Shown here: piece by piece, positions 1 to 8,795 of the stretch
Layout of the letters: the number at the start of each line of letters is the position of its first letter
Position numbering within the stretch: position 1 is the first letter of the stretch
IMG/VR virus record: IMGVR_UViG_3300048921_000363
Location: 1 to 64,000 of that record
Direction: 5' to 3' (one strand)
From: a virus
Length of the DNA: 64,000 nt
Made by a program: the position numbers and the translations under genes
Notes under the pieces: model-generated
Database searches by the model: none
Told to the model about the DNA's origin: nothing
The model's input: only the letters and a program-made list of their open reading frames with translations

Positions 1-33
1 GGTTTCTGGTGGGTTGGGTGTTGGTTTGAACAT
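1..33 (-). CDS. 5' end of DUF6124-like small protein (runs off window)
   Basis: ATG at 33 reads MFKPTPNPPET, an N-terminus typical of this Pseudomonas family; AGGAG RBS upstream. Confidence 0.55.
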   Translation of the reverse strand, partial: MFKPTPNPPET

Positions 34-88
34 GGATGAAACTCCTAACACTTTGAGTGAAGGCTTCACCCTTTCGCTACCAAACGAA

Positions 89-168
89 GGGTGGCGGCCA
101 TGAACAGGTTGGTAGACCGGGTGTTAGGAGCCGGCGCGCCCGAAGACGCCCTGTACATGACCACCATA
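89..168 (-). ncRNA. C4-type antisense RNA
   Basis: Minus strand TATGGTGGTCATGTACAGG...CTTCGG...CCGGCTCCTAACACCCGGTCTACCAACCTGTTCATGGCCGCCACCC folds as a C4-like multi-stem; loops CCTAACAC and CTACCAA are complementary to GTGTTAG and TTGGTAG found both upstream and downstream. Confidence 0.75.
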
Positions 169-204
169 GACCCCGATCGAAAGCACGACCGGAGACAATG
201 ACGC

Positions 205-258
205 TGTACATCTAACACGCGGGCTACCAAACCCGATCACTGGTTTTCAGTGACCCGA
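205..258 (-). promoter_or_regulatory. c4 a1/b1 target leader
   Basis: Hairpins GGTCACTGAAAACCAGTGATC and CGGGTTTGGTAGCCCG followed by GTGTTAG; second target pair at ~43-85 overlaps the RBS of the downstream gene. Confidence 0.6.
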
Positions 259-660
259 GAACGATAAAAGCCACGGACTAGACGCACAAGCCGGCGAATT
301 CTGTCTTAGGTGTAGGGGGTGGCGCAAGGATGTGTAGGCCTCGAGCATCGTTGGCAAATCGGGTTTAAACACGACGAATTTTGTTGTTTATCCGCTCTGT
401 AATCAAATGGATTAGGGGGGCACCGGCCGGTGAATACTAAAAAAACAAATAAATATATCTGCCCCCTATTGTCCCTATTGCCCAAAAGGAATTTAAAGGA
501 AATCATCGCATACTACTGCGACAATAAAACCGAGCAAAGAAAATGGTTACCGCCGGAGATCAAAGCAATCTGCGGCGGTTGCGGTCGTTGTATGCATCAG
601 AGACGACTGTGAAACGAGCAGTAGATCGTGAGTAAAAAAAGAAACTCCATGCAATAAAAA

Positions 661-1503
661 CTAGCGAATCAAGCTAAGCATTTCTGAAGCTCTATCAGCG
701 ATCAACACTAAAATACGTTCCATTGCCACCGTACTCTGAAGCTCTTTAACCCCCTTAAACTCTTTTACTGACCAAGCCAGAACCTCAACAAAATCATGCC
801 CTCTAATATAGCTTCTTGGATCACCATTCAAACATGCAAACCATTTATCGAAATACTCGACAAAGGTCTCACTCTCTCTTGCCCTATTATTACTTTCCAA
901 TAAACGCCTAATAAATACGAGATGATCGAATTTTACTTTGCCAGCTGCTACCGACAATTGCTTCATCGGATCCAGCCACTCCACCGACCACTCTAACTCC
1001 TTATCAGCTAGCCTAAGGGCATACATAGCCTTGAGCACTTCAACAACAGAAGACACATACAAGTCAAAATCAACAATTTTTGCTTTTGACGCCTTTATTA
1101 AGATGTGCCTAAGAATATCGTGAGTAAAAAAATACAGCTCTATAGATACGTGATCTGTCCAGACCAGCCGAGGAACGTTATCAAGCTCAGACAACCAGTG
1201 ATCAAGGTCTCTGTCTACAACACAACGATAAGAGAGGTCCCCTTCAAGAGATGATAACTTTTTCGCGAGCGCTATAACTCGCTGCTTGTTCCCCGTCGTC
1301 AGATCATACTCCGCAAGCACTTCCCTGGACACGTCAATCGAATCGATATCATATATCACCTCATCACAACTACCTTCAGCCTCCAAGCATACAGAGAACA
1401 ACTCCTTATCAAAGAGACCTTCCACATAAACATCCTGAAGCCCCGGTTCATTTTCATACCGAGCCAACAGCTCATCAATACTGCGGCGTGGAATATTAGC
1501 CAT
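661..1503 (-). CDS. DUF4435 / TOPRIM-like nuclease (PARIS AriB-like)
   Basis: 280 aa; VYVEGxxD, VVDRDLD and IRGHD motifs; overlaps upstream ATPase gene. Confidence 0.7.
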   Translation of the reverse strand: MANIPRRSIDELLARYENEPGLQDVYVEGLFDKELFSVCLEAEGSCDEVIYDIDSIDVSREVLAEYDLTTGNKQRVIALAKKLSSLEGDLSYRCVVDRDLDHWLSELDNVPRLVWTDHVSIELYFFTHDILRHILIKASKAKIVDFDLYVSSVVEVLKAMYALRLADKELEWSVEWLDPMKQLSVAAGKVKFDHLVFIRRLLESNNRARESETFVEYFDKWFACLNGDPRSYIRGHDFVEVLAWSVKEFKGVKELQSTVAMERILVLIADRASEMLSLIR

Positions 1504-2935
1504 GACTATTTACCAATCTGACCACACGATCCCTGTGCTGAGACAACAACTCCATCGAGTGCGAAGCAAATACAAATTGGATGTTTGAACCAACGGTAAT
1601 ATCGAGCAACGACTTAACAAGCTTTCTTTGCCACTTTACGTTAAGCGAAATCTCCGGTTCATCAATCATAAATACGCAAGGGCGATCTCTCCCAGTTAAC
1701 ACATAACAAAAAAGCAACAAAAGTTGTTGTTCACCAGAAGATAGGTGCCCAGGATCAAGCGGTTGCCCACGTGTACTGGCGATGCTAAAACCTTGACTAA
1801 CCTTGTAGGATATTTCTTTATCCGACAAGAAGCCATTAACGATTTTTATAAACCTATCAAGTACATTATAAATAGGATTAACTGCATCAATGCGCCCAAT
1901 TAAACTATCTACATAAGGAGCAAGGAGACCTGCCGCTAACTCTCGCTTCGCCCTTGAGCGATCGCTAAGCGGTTTCTTCAATTCTGATATCGAAAGGGGA
2001 GAGGCTAGCTCATAAACTGCTAATTCCGCCGTTTTAGCCTCGATTTCAACCAGTAGTCGTAAAAGATCATCAGTATCAACGATCTTTTCTTCTGCGTCCT
2101 TATTCGCAGGAGAAACCAGGTGCTTTAAAACATTCACATAGACAGTATGTACATTTTCCGTACCTTGATTTGCACTATGCACCGCTTTTGCGGATATCCA
2201 TTTACCTGCTGAACTCAATGCTTGAGATAGGGCAATCTGCCTAGACCTAACGACTAGGTCATTAATCCTTTTAGGCTCTTCATATCTCATCACTTTGCGA
2301 ATTTCAACTTCATCACTAGGATCGGATACCAGATCGCAATCCAAGCGTCTATCTGCGTTAAGGATAAACATAGTCGGTGCGACTTTTTTAAGAACCTCTA
2401 AATAAGTCGCCTCCCCGACCTTTGTATCGCCCAATATAAACTGCTTAGACTTGCTGTTTGCACCTATCACATCTTTCGGGCGTGAAACCAAGTGAATTGT
2501 GCCGTCTTTGGCTCGCCTAAAATATTGCATATCATGGGAATAATACATCTCCGATTCACGAATCCGCCCCTTTGGAATAAAATCCCATTCTACTATTGTC
2601 TTTTTTTTCTGCTTGATACTCAGAATTAAGCTTCTTTCAACATCCTCCCCTAATTCTAAATCCTCAACCGGTGATCGCCTCGCCGAAAGAATAATCCCGC
2701 TACTTAGCCTAACTTCCAAGCTTTCAAATGGTGCATCGAACAATGCATTTCTGTGCCCTCTATTCTCAGCTGCTGACAACAAGTGAAAAGCTAAACGCAA
2801 AATGGTACTTTTCCCAACACCATTATCGCCATACAAGATCGCAGCATTGCTAAGCGCACCTTCTTCTGGCAGCCGGTAGGTATACATACCAAATAGCTTT
2901 TCAACTACTATCTCGGAAATCAAAGGCGTATTCAT
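1496..2935 (-). CDS. ABC/AAA_21-type ATPase (PARIS AriA-like)
   Basis: Walker A GDNGVGKS, signature LSSGEQQ, Walker B/D-loop MIDEPEISL, H-loop ASHS; start at 2935 has GGAG RBS. Confidence 0.85.
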   Translation of the reverse strand: MNTPLISEIVVEKLFGMYTYRLPEEGALSNAAILYGDNGVGKSTILRLAFHLLSAAENRGHRNALFDAPFESLEVRLSSGIILSARRSPVEDLELGEDVERSLILSIKQKKKTIVEWDFIPKGRIRESEMYYSHDMQYFRRAKDGTIHLVSRPKDVIGANSKSKQFILGDTKVGEATYLEVLKKVAPTMFILNADRRLDCDLVSDPSDEVEIRKVMRYEEPKRINDLVVRSRQIALSQALSSAGKWISAKAVHSANQGTENVHTVYVNVLKHLVSPANKDAEEKIVDTDDLLRLLVEIEAKTAELAVYELASPLSISELKKPLSDRSRAKRELAAGLLAPYVDSLIGRIDAVNPIYNVLDRFIKIVNGFLSDKEISYKVSQGFSIASTRGQPLDPGHLSSGEQQLLLLFCYVLTGRDRPCVFMIDEPEISLNVKWQRKLVKSLLDITVGSNIQFVFASHSMELLSQHRDRVVRLVNSHG

Positions 2936-3052
2936 ACATCTCCATGAAATTGCGAAAAAACGGGACAGATTCATTTATCGCAAATAATGATAAATAAATT
3001 TTCCCCACTTTCTATTTAGAAATGGCATACGAGTGCATGCACTCACAAAAAA

Positions 3053-3982
3053 TCACCAACCTGACAGGGTTTGAATATGATGTTTAATTGATATTTTCTT
3101 CACAACCCCAAGCCCTGGATAATGGCGCGTCCCATAGAGGGTAATGAAATCTTGCAACCCCGCTGTATTAACGAAATTCGTAGGATTAGCTGTGACATGA
3201 GCAATCAGCAAATCTAATGCTTCACGAAACTTACCACCAGGGTCACTCTGGCTGTCATTATCAGAGTACGACGAAAAATGGCGGACATACATTTGTTTCA
3301 TTCTAGAAGGATCCAGATAAGACAAATGCAAGGTAACGACAAATGCTGGACCACCACCTTCCGAAAAGCGCTCTCCAAGAATCGTATAGTCACCGAAACC
3401 GATAGCATTCGGACGCAATCTATATTGGACGTGACAGTTAGAATAAAATGACTCCGCGCCATAGTCTAAATTTCTTGCTTTCTTGTCGAAACCATCATGA
3501 AAAAGAACTACGGCAGGAAGACTCCCCCAAACCGAATGGTCAGTTTTATCCGGATTCAGTGCCACAACAGAGGCTCGCATTAAATCCAGAGTAAGAGCTG
3601 GAGTAATGATACCTTCAACGTAAGCGACGAAAGGGGTAGTCAAATTTCTTAATAACGCTATAGCCGATACGTCAGTTGAATCGCGCACTTTTACACATGG
3701 GACGAATGCGCCAGTGCCATTACCAACTGTTGCGAGGTGTGCGATTAGCGACGCTGTGATATTCGATCCCGATACGCTCGAAAACTCGCCTTGAGATGGA
3801 TTAATTACCACCCACGAAGTTATGCCTGCAGCTGTTAATTCAGAGATAGTTATCGCTAGAGGGCCGAGACTTAAATTAACCGGCTCCAAAATTGGACACA
3901 CAGCACCCACGGGTATATGCCCAACAAGTTCCTTCAGCGCGGCTAGTTCAAATTGTTTGCCCTTGAGAATTGGGTAGTACAT
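3053..3982 (-). CDS. sce7725 family / beta-like protein
   Basis: MYYPILKGKQFELAAL start, GFGDYTILG..F.EGGGP and YPGLGVVKKISIKHHI motifs. Confidence 0.75.
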   Translation of the reverse strand: MYYPILKGKQFELAALKELVGHIPVGAVCPILEPVNLSLGPLAITISELTAAGITSWVVINPSQGEFSSVSGSNITASLIAHLATVGNGTGAFVPCVKVRDSTDVSAIALLRNLTTPFVAYVEGIITPALTLDLMRASVVALNPDKTDHSVWGSLPAVVLFHDGFDKKARNLDYGAESFYSNCHVQYRLRPNAIGFGDYTILGERFSEGGGPAFVVTLHLSYLDPSRMKQMYVRHFSSYSDNDSQSDPGGKFREALDLLIAHVTANPTNFVNTAGLQDFITLYGTRHYPGLGVVKKISIKHHIQTLSGW

Positions 3983-4830
3983 ACAGCTTCCTTACTCAGA
4001 ATGGAACTCATGTTTTCCACAAGACAGACTCGAGCCTTTCGAGTCAAACCAGACTCAACGCCGGCCACGAATAAAGAAGTGGGCAAGGACAATATAAAAT
4101 CCTTATCCAAAGCTCTCGTGCGCCTAATCACTTTTCTAAATTCCGTACGAACCCTCTCATTGGTCGCAGAAGCCAACAACCGTTCACACTCACGGAAAAT
4201 CTCAGTATTACTTACATCGGGCGCAACACCAAACAAAGACTCGACAAGGCTCACATATTCTTTACGTCGAAGGGAGCGCATCAAAACCCCAATATCAATC
4301 GGCCCATTTATAAGCTGCGCTGACCTCACCTCTCGAAAAGACCCTCTCTTATTCAGAAGTATCACTCCGACTGCCTCTGGAACGGCATGAAAGACCGCAT
4401 TTAGATATTTTTCAGAAACAACCACATTAACCTTATCAAAGATCTTCAGATACGAATCAACCTGAGATCTCAGCCGCCCTAGATTATCGTAGTCAGTTTT
4501 AATTTCGTAACATGTTGAAATACCATTAACGATCACACAGTCCGCTTTACTTGCACCAACTCGAAACTCAGTAAACATTGTGGAACTACTAACCGAGTGC
4601 CTACCAACGAGAATTTTTTTTGCGATAGCATTCTTATAGTAGTACTCATTACGATACTTCTTACACAATAAGCTGTAGCAAAAATCAAAAACACTGCCTA
4701 CGGTGAAAACATCATCAAAGCTGTCTTGATAGCACTTAGCCACTTGAGTGACAAGAGAAAAATCGCCTTCCGAAACCGAGTTAATGTGGTGACTAGAAAA
4801 AATTTTAGCTATCTCTTTGAAACCCAACAT
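3943..4830 (-). CDS. sce7726 family protein (PD-(D/E)XK-like)
   Basis: YRNEYYYKN, EFRVGASKADCVIVNG..CYEIKT..D.L.RL..Q motifs; overlaps sce7725-like gene by 40 nt. Confidence 0.75.
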   Translation of the reverse strand: MLGFKEIAKIFSSHHINSVSEGDFSLVTQVAKCYQDSFDDVFTVGSVFDFCYSLLCKKYRNEYYYKNAIAKKILVGRHSVSSSTMFTEFRVGASKADCVIVNGISTCYEIKTDYDNLGRLRSQVDSYLKIFDKVNVVVSEKYLNAVFHAVPEAVGVILLNKRGSFREVRSAQLINGPIDIGVLMRSLRRKEYVSLVESLFGVAPDVSNTEIFRECERLLASATNERVRTEFRKVIRRTRALDKDFILSLPTSLFVAGVESGLTRKARVCLVENMSSILSKEAVCTTQFSRANNLN

Positions 4831-4914
4831 ATTTTTAATCCGATTAACGATGTCATCGTTAGTAAAAAACTTCAAAACTTACCAGTCAGATGCTGACGAC
4901 CAGCGTACCCATCT

Positions 4915-5240
4915 CTGCGTCCACGAAGGTGCGTATAGCTTCACATTAAGTTCCAGTCGCTCCCCCAGAGGCTGCTACACGAGGAATATCCCACCCATTT
5001 CAAACGTCCGATCATCCCCGGCGTGCCGAAGCTCATGAAAATGAAGATCAACCATTCCTAAAATCTGCATGCTCGCGTAAGGGAAGATGAAATTGAGCGC
5101 GCATTGTAGGGAAAAATCACTCCAACATCTCGTGGGTGTTCCCAGCACAATAGACCACGCTTCGTTCGGCGAAAATGACAACAGGCGTCATTTCCGATTT
5201 TTTGTCCAGGATTCTTCGTATCTCTGACGAGCATAGCTTG
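4915..5240 (-). pseudogene. Frameshifted C-terminal remnant of a dusA-associated tyrosine integrase
   Basis: Pieces in several frames (LVRDTKNPGQKIGND, EAWSIV, IFPYNARSISSSLTRAC, DLHFHELRH, WDIPRVA) match the intact integrase at 48079-49197. Confidence 0.85.
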
Positions 5241-5381
5241 GAGAAATGGGGCCTGAGTTACTGGTAGCACCCTTTTAACAAGCTGCATTCCCGTCAGCAC
5301 ACCACTCATAGCCCCCAAGCCCCACCTCCCCATTCCTGATAAACTCCCCCACCTCCCAGCCACACCGATTCCGTACCCCCA

Positions 5382-5459
5382 ATGCCCCCAATCTCCGCCA
5401 CACCCGCCCCACTCTCCCGCCGTTTCTCCGTCGCGCCGATGATGGATTGGATGCAGTAG
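5382..5459 (+). pseudogene. dusA: Truncated dusA 5' end, contains att core (left end of 44 kb prophage)
   Basis: MPPISATPAPLSRRFSVAPMMDW then MQ-stop; RFSVAPMMDW is the DusA N-terminal motif. Confidence 0.85.
5436..5450 (+). repeat. att core direct repeat CCGATGATGGATTGG
   Basis: Identical 15-mer at 49378-49392. Confidence 0.85.
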
Positions 5460-5602
5460 CCCGCCTCCCCCCCAACTGATTGGCTGAAGTCTCAAATCAT
5501 CTGCGCGTTGTAGCAATTTTTAAGCATGCGGTATCTAAGTGCCTCTCTGCTGCGGCCGCATGAGCTAGGCTTCGCGAACACCTCATTTCCAGGATGGATC
5601 GC

Positions 5603-5821
5603 ATGCCAAATAACTCAGCTTCTAATATCGCCACTGCTGACGCCCTGACGTTGCTCCTGCACAACCAGCATGCACTGGCGGCGGCAATCGAGGAGGTTGC
5701 CGTTTGGCTTGCAGCCAGTGGCGCGGCAGTGGTTGCAGATAACGCTGTGATGGCTATGGAGACCTTAGACACAAATGCAAAAGCGATCACAGATGCGATT
5801 ATGCGGATACGGCAATCCTAA
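5603..5821 (+). CDS. Small hypothetical protein
   Basis: 72 aa helical ORF (ADALTLLLHNQHALAAAIEE) with plausible RBS. Confidence 0.6.
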   Translation: MPNNSASNIATADALTLLLHNQHALAAAIEEVAVWLAASGAAVVADNAVMAMETLDTNAKAITDAIMRIRQS

Positions 5822-6130
5822 TATCGCCTTTGCAGGCAGCAATCGGCCAAAATCGGCACTCCGTGAGCGGCAGCTTTCGGCCAATAGCAGCCGCTCCTGG
5901 CCAGAGACAGCAGCTTGAAGGAATCTGCGAATCTATGGTCGATTCAATGACTAATTCGAGGCAGAAATTGGTCAGGAGGCTACCTTCGACTCAGAATAGC
6001 GAATTATAATAAAAACGAGATATCTTTAAACCAGTACAAAGCTGGACGCAATATCCGTCGATGTACTCCACTGGTTCTCGTGATTATTTACAATCTGAAA
6101 ATTTGATACGGCAAGTATAACTCGATATTA

Positions 6131-7525
6131 TCACGACAATGGCGTCTTCGGCTCGTCACTATCCAATTCATCATCTGTAACATCTAGGCTCGGTGGTAAA
6201 TTTGTGTTCATTGGTTTGTTGGAGTTGTGTTGATTCAAATCTGACTGTGATGCAGAGCGACTTGAAGTGGGAGCGCGAAGGTCGTCAAATTGTTGCGCAT
6301 CTTTCTGCTTGACAGCTTCATCAGAAGTGGATTCGCGCTCAGGCACACTTCTTGAAAGTTTGTGCTGTAGAAATCTTTTGTGATACGAGGAATAACTATT
6401 GTTGTGTGTGTTAATCTTGGCTGTGGGAAAAGCACTATTAACGGAAGATTTTTGATTTGAGTTGACCTCATACGAACGCGCAGTTTTCCTGATCATTTGA
6501 AGAATCTTATCCCTCAGTTCGTCAGTATAGTCCGATGAAGGGCTATCTTGATCGTTATCATCCTCTTCTTCAATTGTATGCTCGCTTTTTTCGTACGCGT
6601 CGCTAATCGAACTATCTAAAATTTCGGCATTGAGAAATAGTTTGCCATCCCTAAGAAAGTCCGAAGTACTATACATGTGAAATAATTCGATATTAGACAT
6701 GCGACAAATTTCGCTTTTTAAACTTTCATGAGGACCAATTATCTTCTCGCCAGCGGAATCAATAATGCTCCACCAGTCTTTTTTTGCGTCATCGGTGATA
6801 AAGATTACACGTTTGACTTCCACTGATGCAGCTTTAGATAGTAGCTGTTTCCAGATAATTAGGTCACCGAATGCTCGCTCATATTTCAACTGGCCATGCG
6901 TGAACGTAGGAGCTTCCTTTTCGCTATCTCCTTTAGTTCTATCCTCAAAGCCTGGAGGAGTTTTTTCTGCGTAACGAACTTTACCTTCTTCGTAAAGATT
7001 GTCTAGCCATTCTTGGTTTTCTGGAGGCGAACCAATTCGGTCATGAGTGAGCTCATCCAAACTTTCCAAGATGTTATCGTTAGAGCGTACGTCCGCTTGT
7101 TTTATGTCCCAAGGCGAAATTTTATTTTTTGTAGTATCTATATGTAACTTGATATTGGCAGCAAGCTCTTGGAGGTGGTTATTTATTTCGGGGAATTTTT
7201 TTGAAAGCCCTAGCTTGTTTAGTTCGCTATTGATGGAGGTGTTGATTTTATCTAAGAATGCATTGATATCACGGAATACCTTTTTCTCATTCTTAATGAC
7301 TTTTAATCGGTTCCTATGATACTCAAGGCCTACATGGTGCGGAATCCAAATCTTTTCTTTTAGCTTGAGTGCTGTGTTAAAGAAATCTATTCGAGTTTGA
7401 TCTTCATAGCCGTAAAGGTTAAGAAAGACATTGGTGTCAAATACAAAGATAGTATTGGAGGACGACCAGGCGCTTTTGAGGGAGTCAGTACTGGGTACTA
7501 AAAAACTTTCGAATATTTTTTTCAA
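6131..7525 (-). CDS. PIN-like domain protein (PIN_8/DUF4935 type) with acidic disordered C-terminus
   Basis: FVFDTNVFL, GDLIIWKQLL, IFITDDAKKDWW acidic PIN motifs; AT-rich. Confidence 0.8.
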   Translation of the reverse strand: MKKIFESFLVPSTDSLKSAWSSSNTIFVFDTNVFLNLYGYEDQTRIDFFNTALKLKEKIWIPHHVGLEYHRNRLKVIKNEKKVFRDINAFLDKINTSINSELNKLGLSKKFPEINNHLQELAANIKLHIDTTKNKISPWDIKQADVRSNDNILESLDELTHDRIGSPPENQEWLDNLYEEGKVRYAEKTPPGFEDRTKGDSEKEAPTFTHGQLKYERAFGDLIIWKQLLSKAASVEVKRVIFITDDAKKDWWSIIDSAGEKIIGPHESLKSEICRMSNIELFHMYSTSDFLRDGKLFLNAEILDSSISDAYEKSEHTIEEEDDNDQDSPSSDYTDELRDKILQMIRKTARSYEVNSNQKSSVNSAFPTAKINTHNNSYSSYHKRFLQHKLSRSVPERESTSDEAVKQKDAQQFDDLRAPTSSRSASQSDLNQHNSNKPMNTNLPPSLDVTDDELDSDEPKTPLS

Positions 7526-7604
7526 CTAATCACCATGAATTTAGCACAATAAGTAGTGGTCTGAAAATCTTTAACGCCAATTATTTTTTTAATTTTTATG
7601 CGAA

Positions 7605-7874
7605 TCATGTAATGTGATTGTTGAGCCAAGTCCAAGCGTCATTAGGTAACCATCCTTGAAAGTCTCTATTGACGTTTAAAACTAAAAGGCGGTCATTTTG
7701 ATCAATGTGCTTTAAGAGTCGATTCGAAAGCTGTTGAGCATTTTCAAAGGTGGAAATTAGCCATATAGATTCAAGTTCGTGCCAGAATCCCGAAGAGTTC
7801 CTAAGCTCTCGATAAAGCTCGCTGTAGTTTTGCCCCGGATTATTCAGATCGTACGCTACGCAATAAACAGACAT
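7605..7874 (-). CDS. Small Cas2/VapD-like ferredoxin-fold protein
   Basis: 89 aa, YCVAYDL start, ESIWLI, D.NDRLLV and GWL motifs. Confidence 0.6.
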   Translation of the reverse strand: MSVYCVAYDLNNPGQNYSELYRELRNSSGFWHELESIWLISTFENAQQLSNRLLKHIDQNDRLLVLNVNRDFQGWLPNDAWTWLNNHIT

Positions 7875-8795
7875 ATAACTCTCCATCTTGATTTTGCGAT
7901 TTAATTTAAAGTAAAAGGCAAATTTTTTGAATGCTACTAATTTGCTCGGCGATTGTCCACACTGAAGAGCAACAGATAAATCAACAGCGCATTGATGAGC
8001 CGCACGCGGCCAAGTATTTCACGCCAAAGTGGTGCGGAGTAATTCAAGTCGCGGTGCAGGCGTTTTCCTCTACGGATTAGCATGAAATTTTTTCCAATTC
8101 CCCTCACTGCGGAAGCGTCATTAGCCCATGCTTGCATGGGCTAACGAGCACCTATTCCCGTTTATTGCTAGGCGCGCATGTATTCGGCCTGCACAGTCGC
8201 CACGAGCTAATCAGCGTTGTAGACCCACAGCTGATGCTTGATCGAAGATTCGCCTCCATTAGCTGGTCATGGGAAGAAATCATTGCATAAGTGGTTGAGG
8301 CTGGGGGAGTGTACGAGGCAGAGAGAGGGCCATGCACCTCAATATGTTGACTGGGTTTGTAGCTCGTCACACCCCGATTGACTCGGTCCTACTTGCGTAG
8401 ACGATTTCGAAGGATCGGTTTTGGCTGAGTGAATCGCCCGCTACCAGCCAAAAACAGTCATCTGGATGTGGTGGAAAACCAGAGGGTTAAAAAGCCCGAG
8501 CGGACAAACCAGATTTCACTCACCTAGTCATGCATCCAGCGTGGATAAAACACCAGTATGAGAATTGGATGAAGGCATAGTAGCGTTACGCCTCTACGAA
8601 CCCGATCGGGTGAACGTGCAACGGAGCAGGAAAATGGACTTTACAGAACCTTTGAACACAATGTCATTGAAAGTTGGTCAGCTTCGCCGTCGGAAGTAAA
8701 TTTTGCGAGATCAACACCCACAACATTAAACATAGTGATTGCCTCACGCAAGGCATATGAACTAATACAATTTATCTGTCCGCAGGTGCTGAGAT

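Noticed and set aside
5058-5516. 152 aa Gly/Trp-rich ORF
   Set aside because: Chimera of the antisense of the C-rich dusA leader and one frame of the integrase pseudogene
7605-7874. CRISPR-Cas locus suggested by Cas2-like protein
   Set aside because: No repeat-spacer array, cas1 or other cas genes visible
8541-8556. Possible LexA box GTGGATAAAACACCAG upstream of NACHT gene
   Set aside because: Left half-site lacks CTG and it is 240 bp from the start; likely a decayed leader
7900-8790. Short ORFs in the cargo spacer (7937-8137, 8152-8370)
   Set aside because: No recognisable motifs or RBS; probably decayed or non-coding DNA
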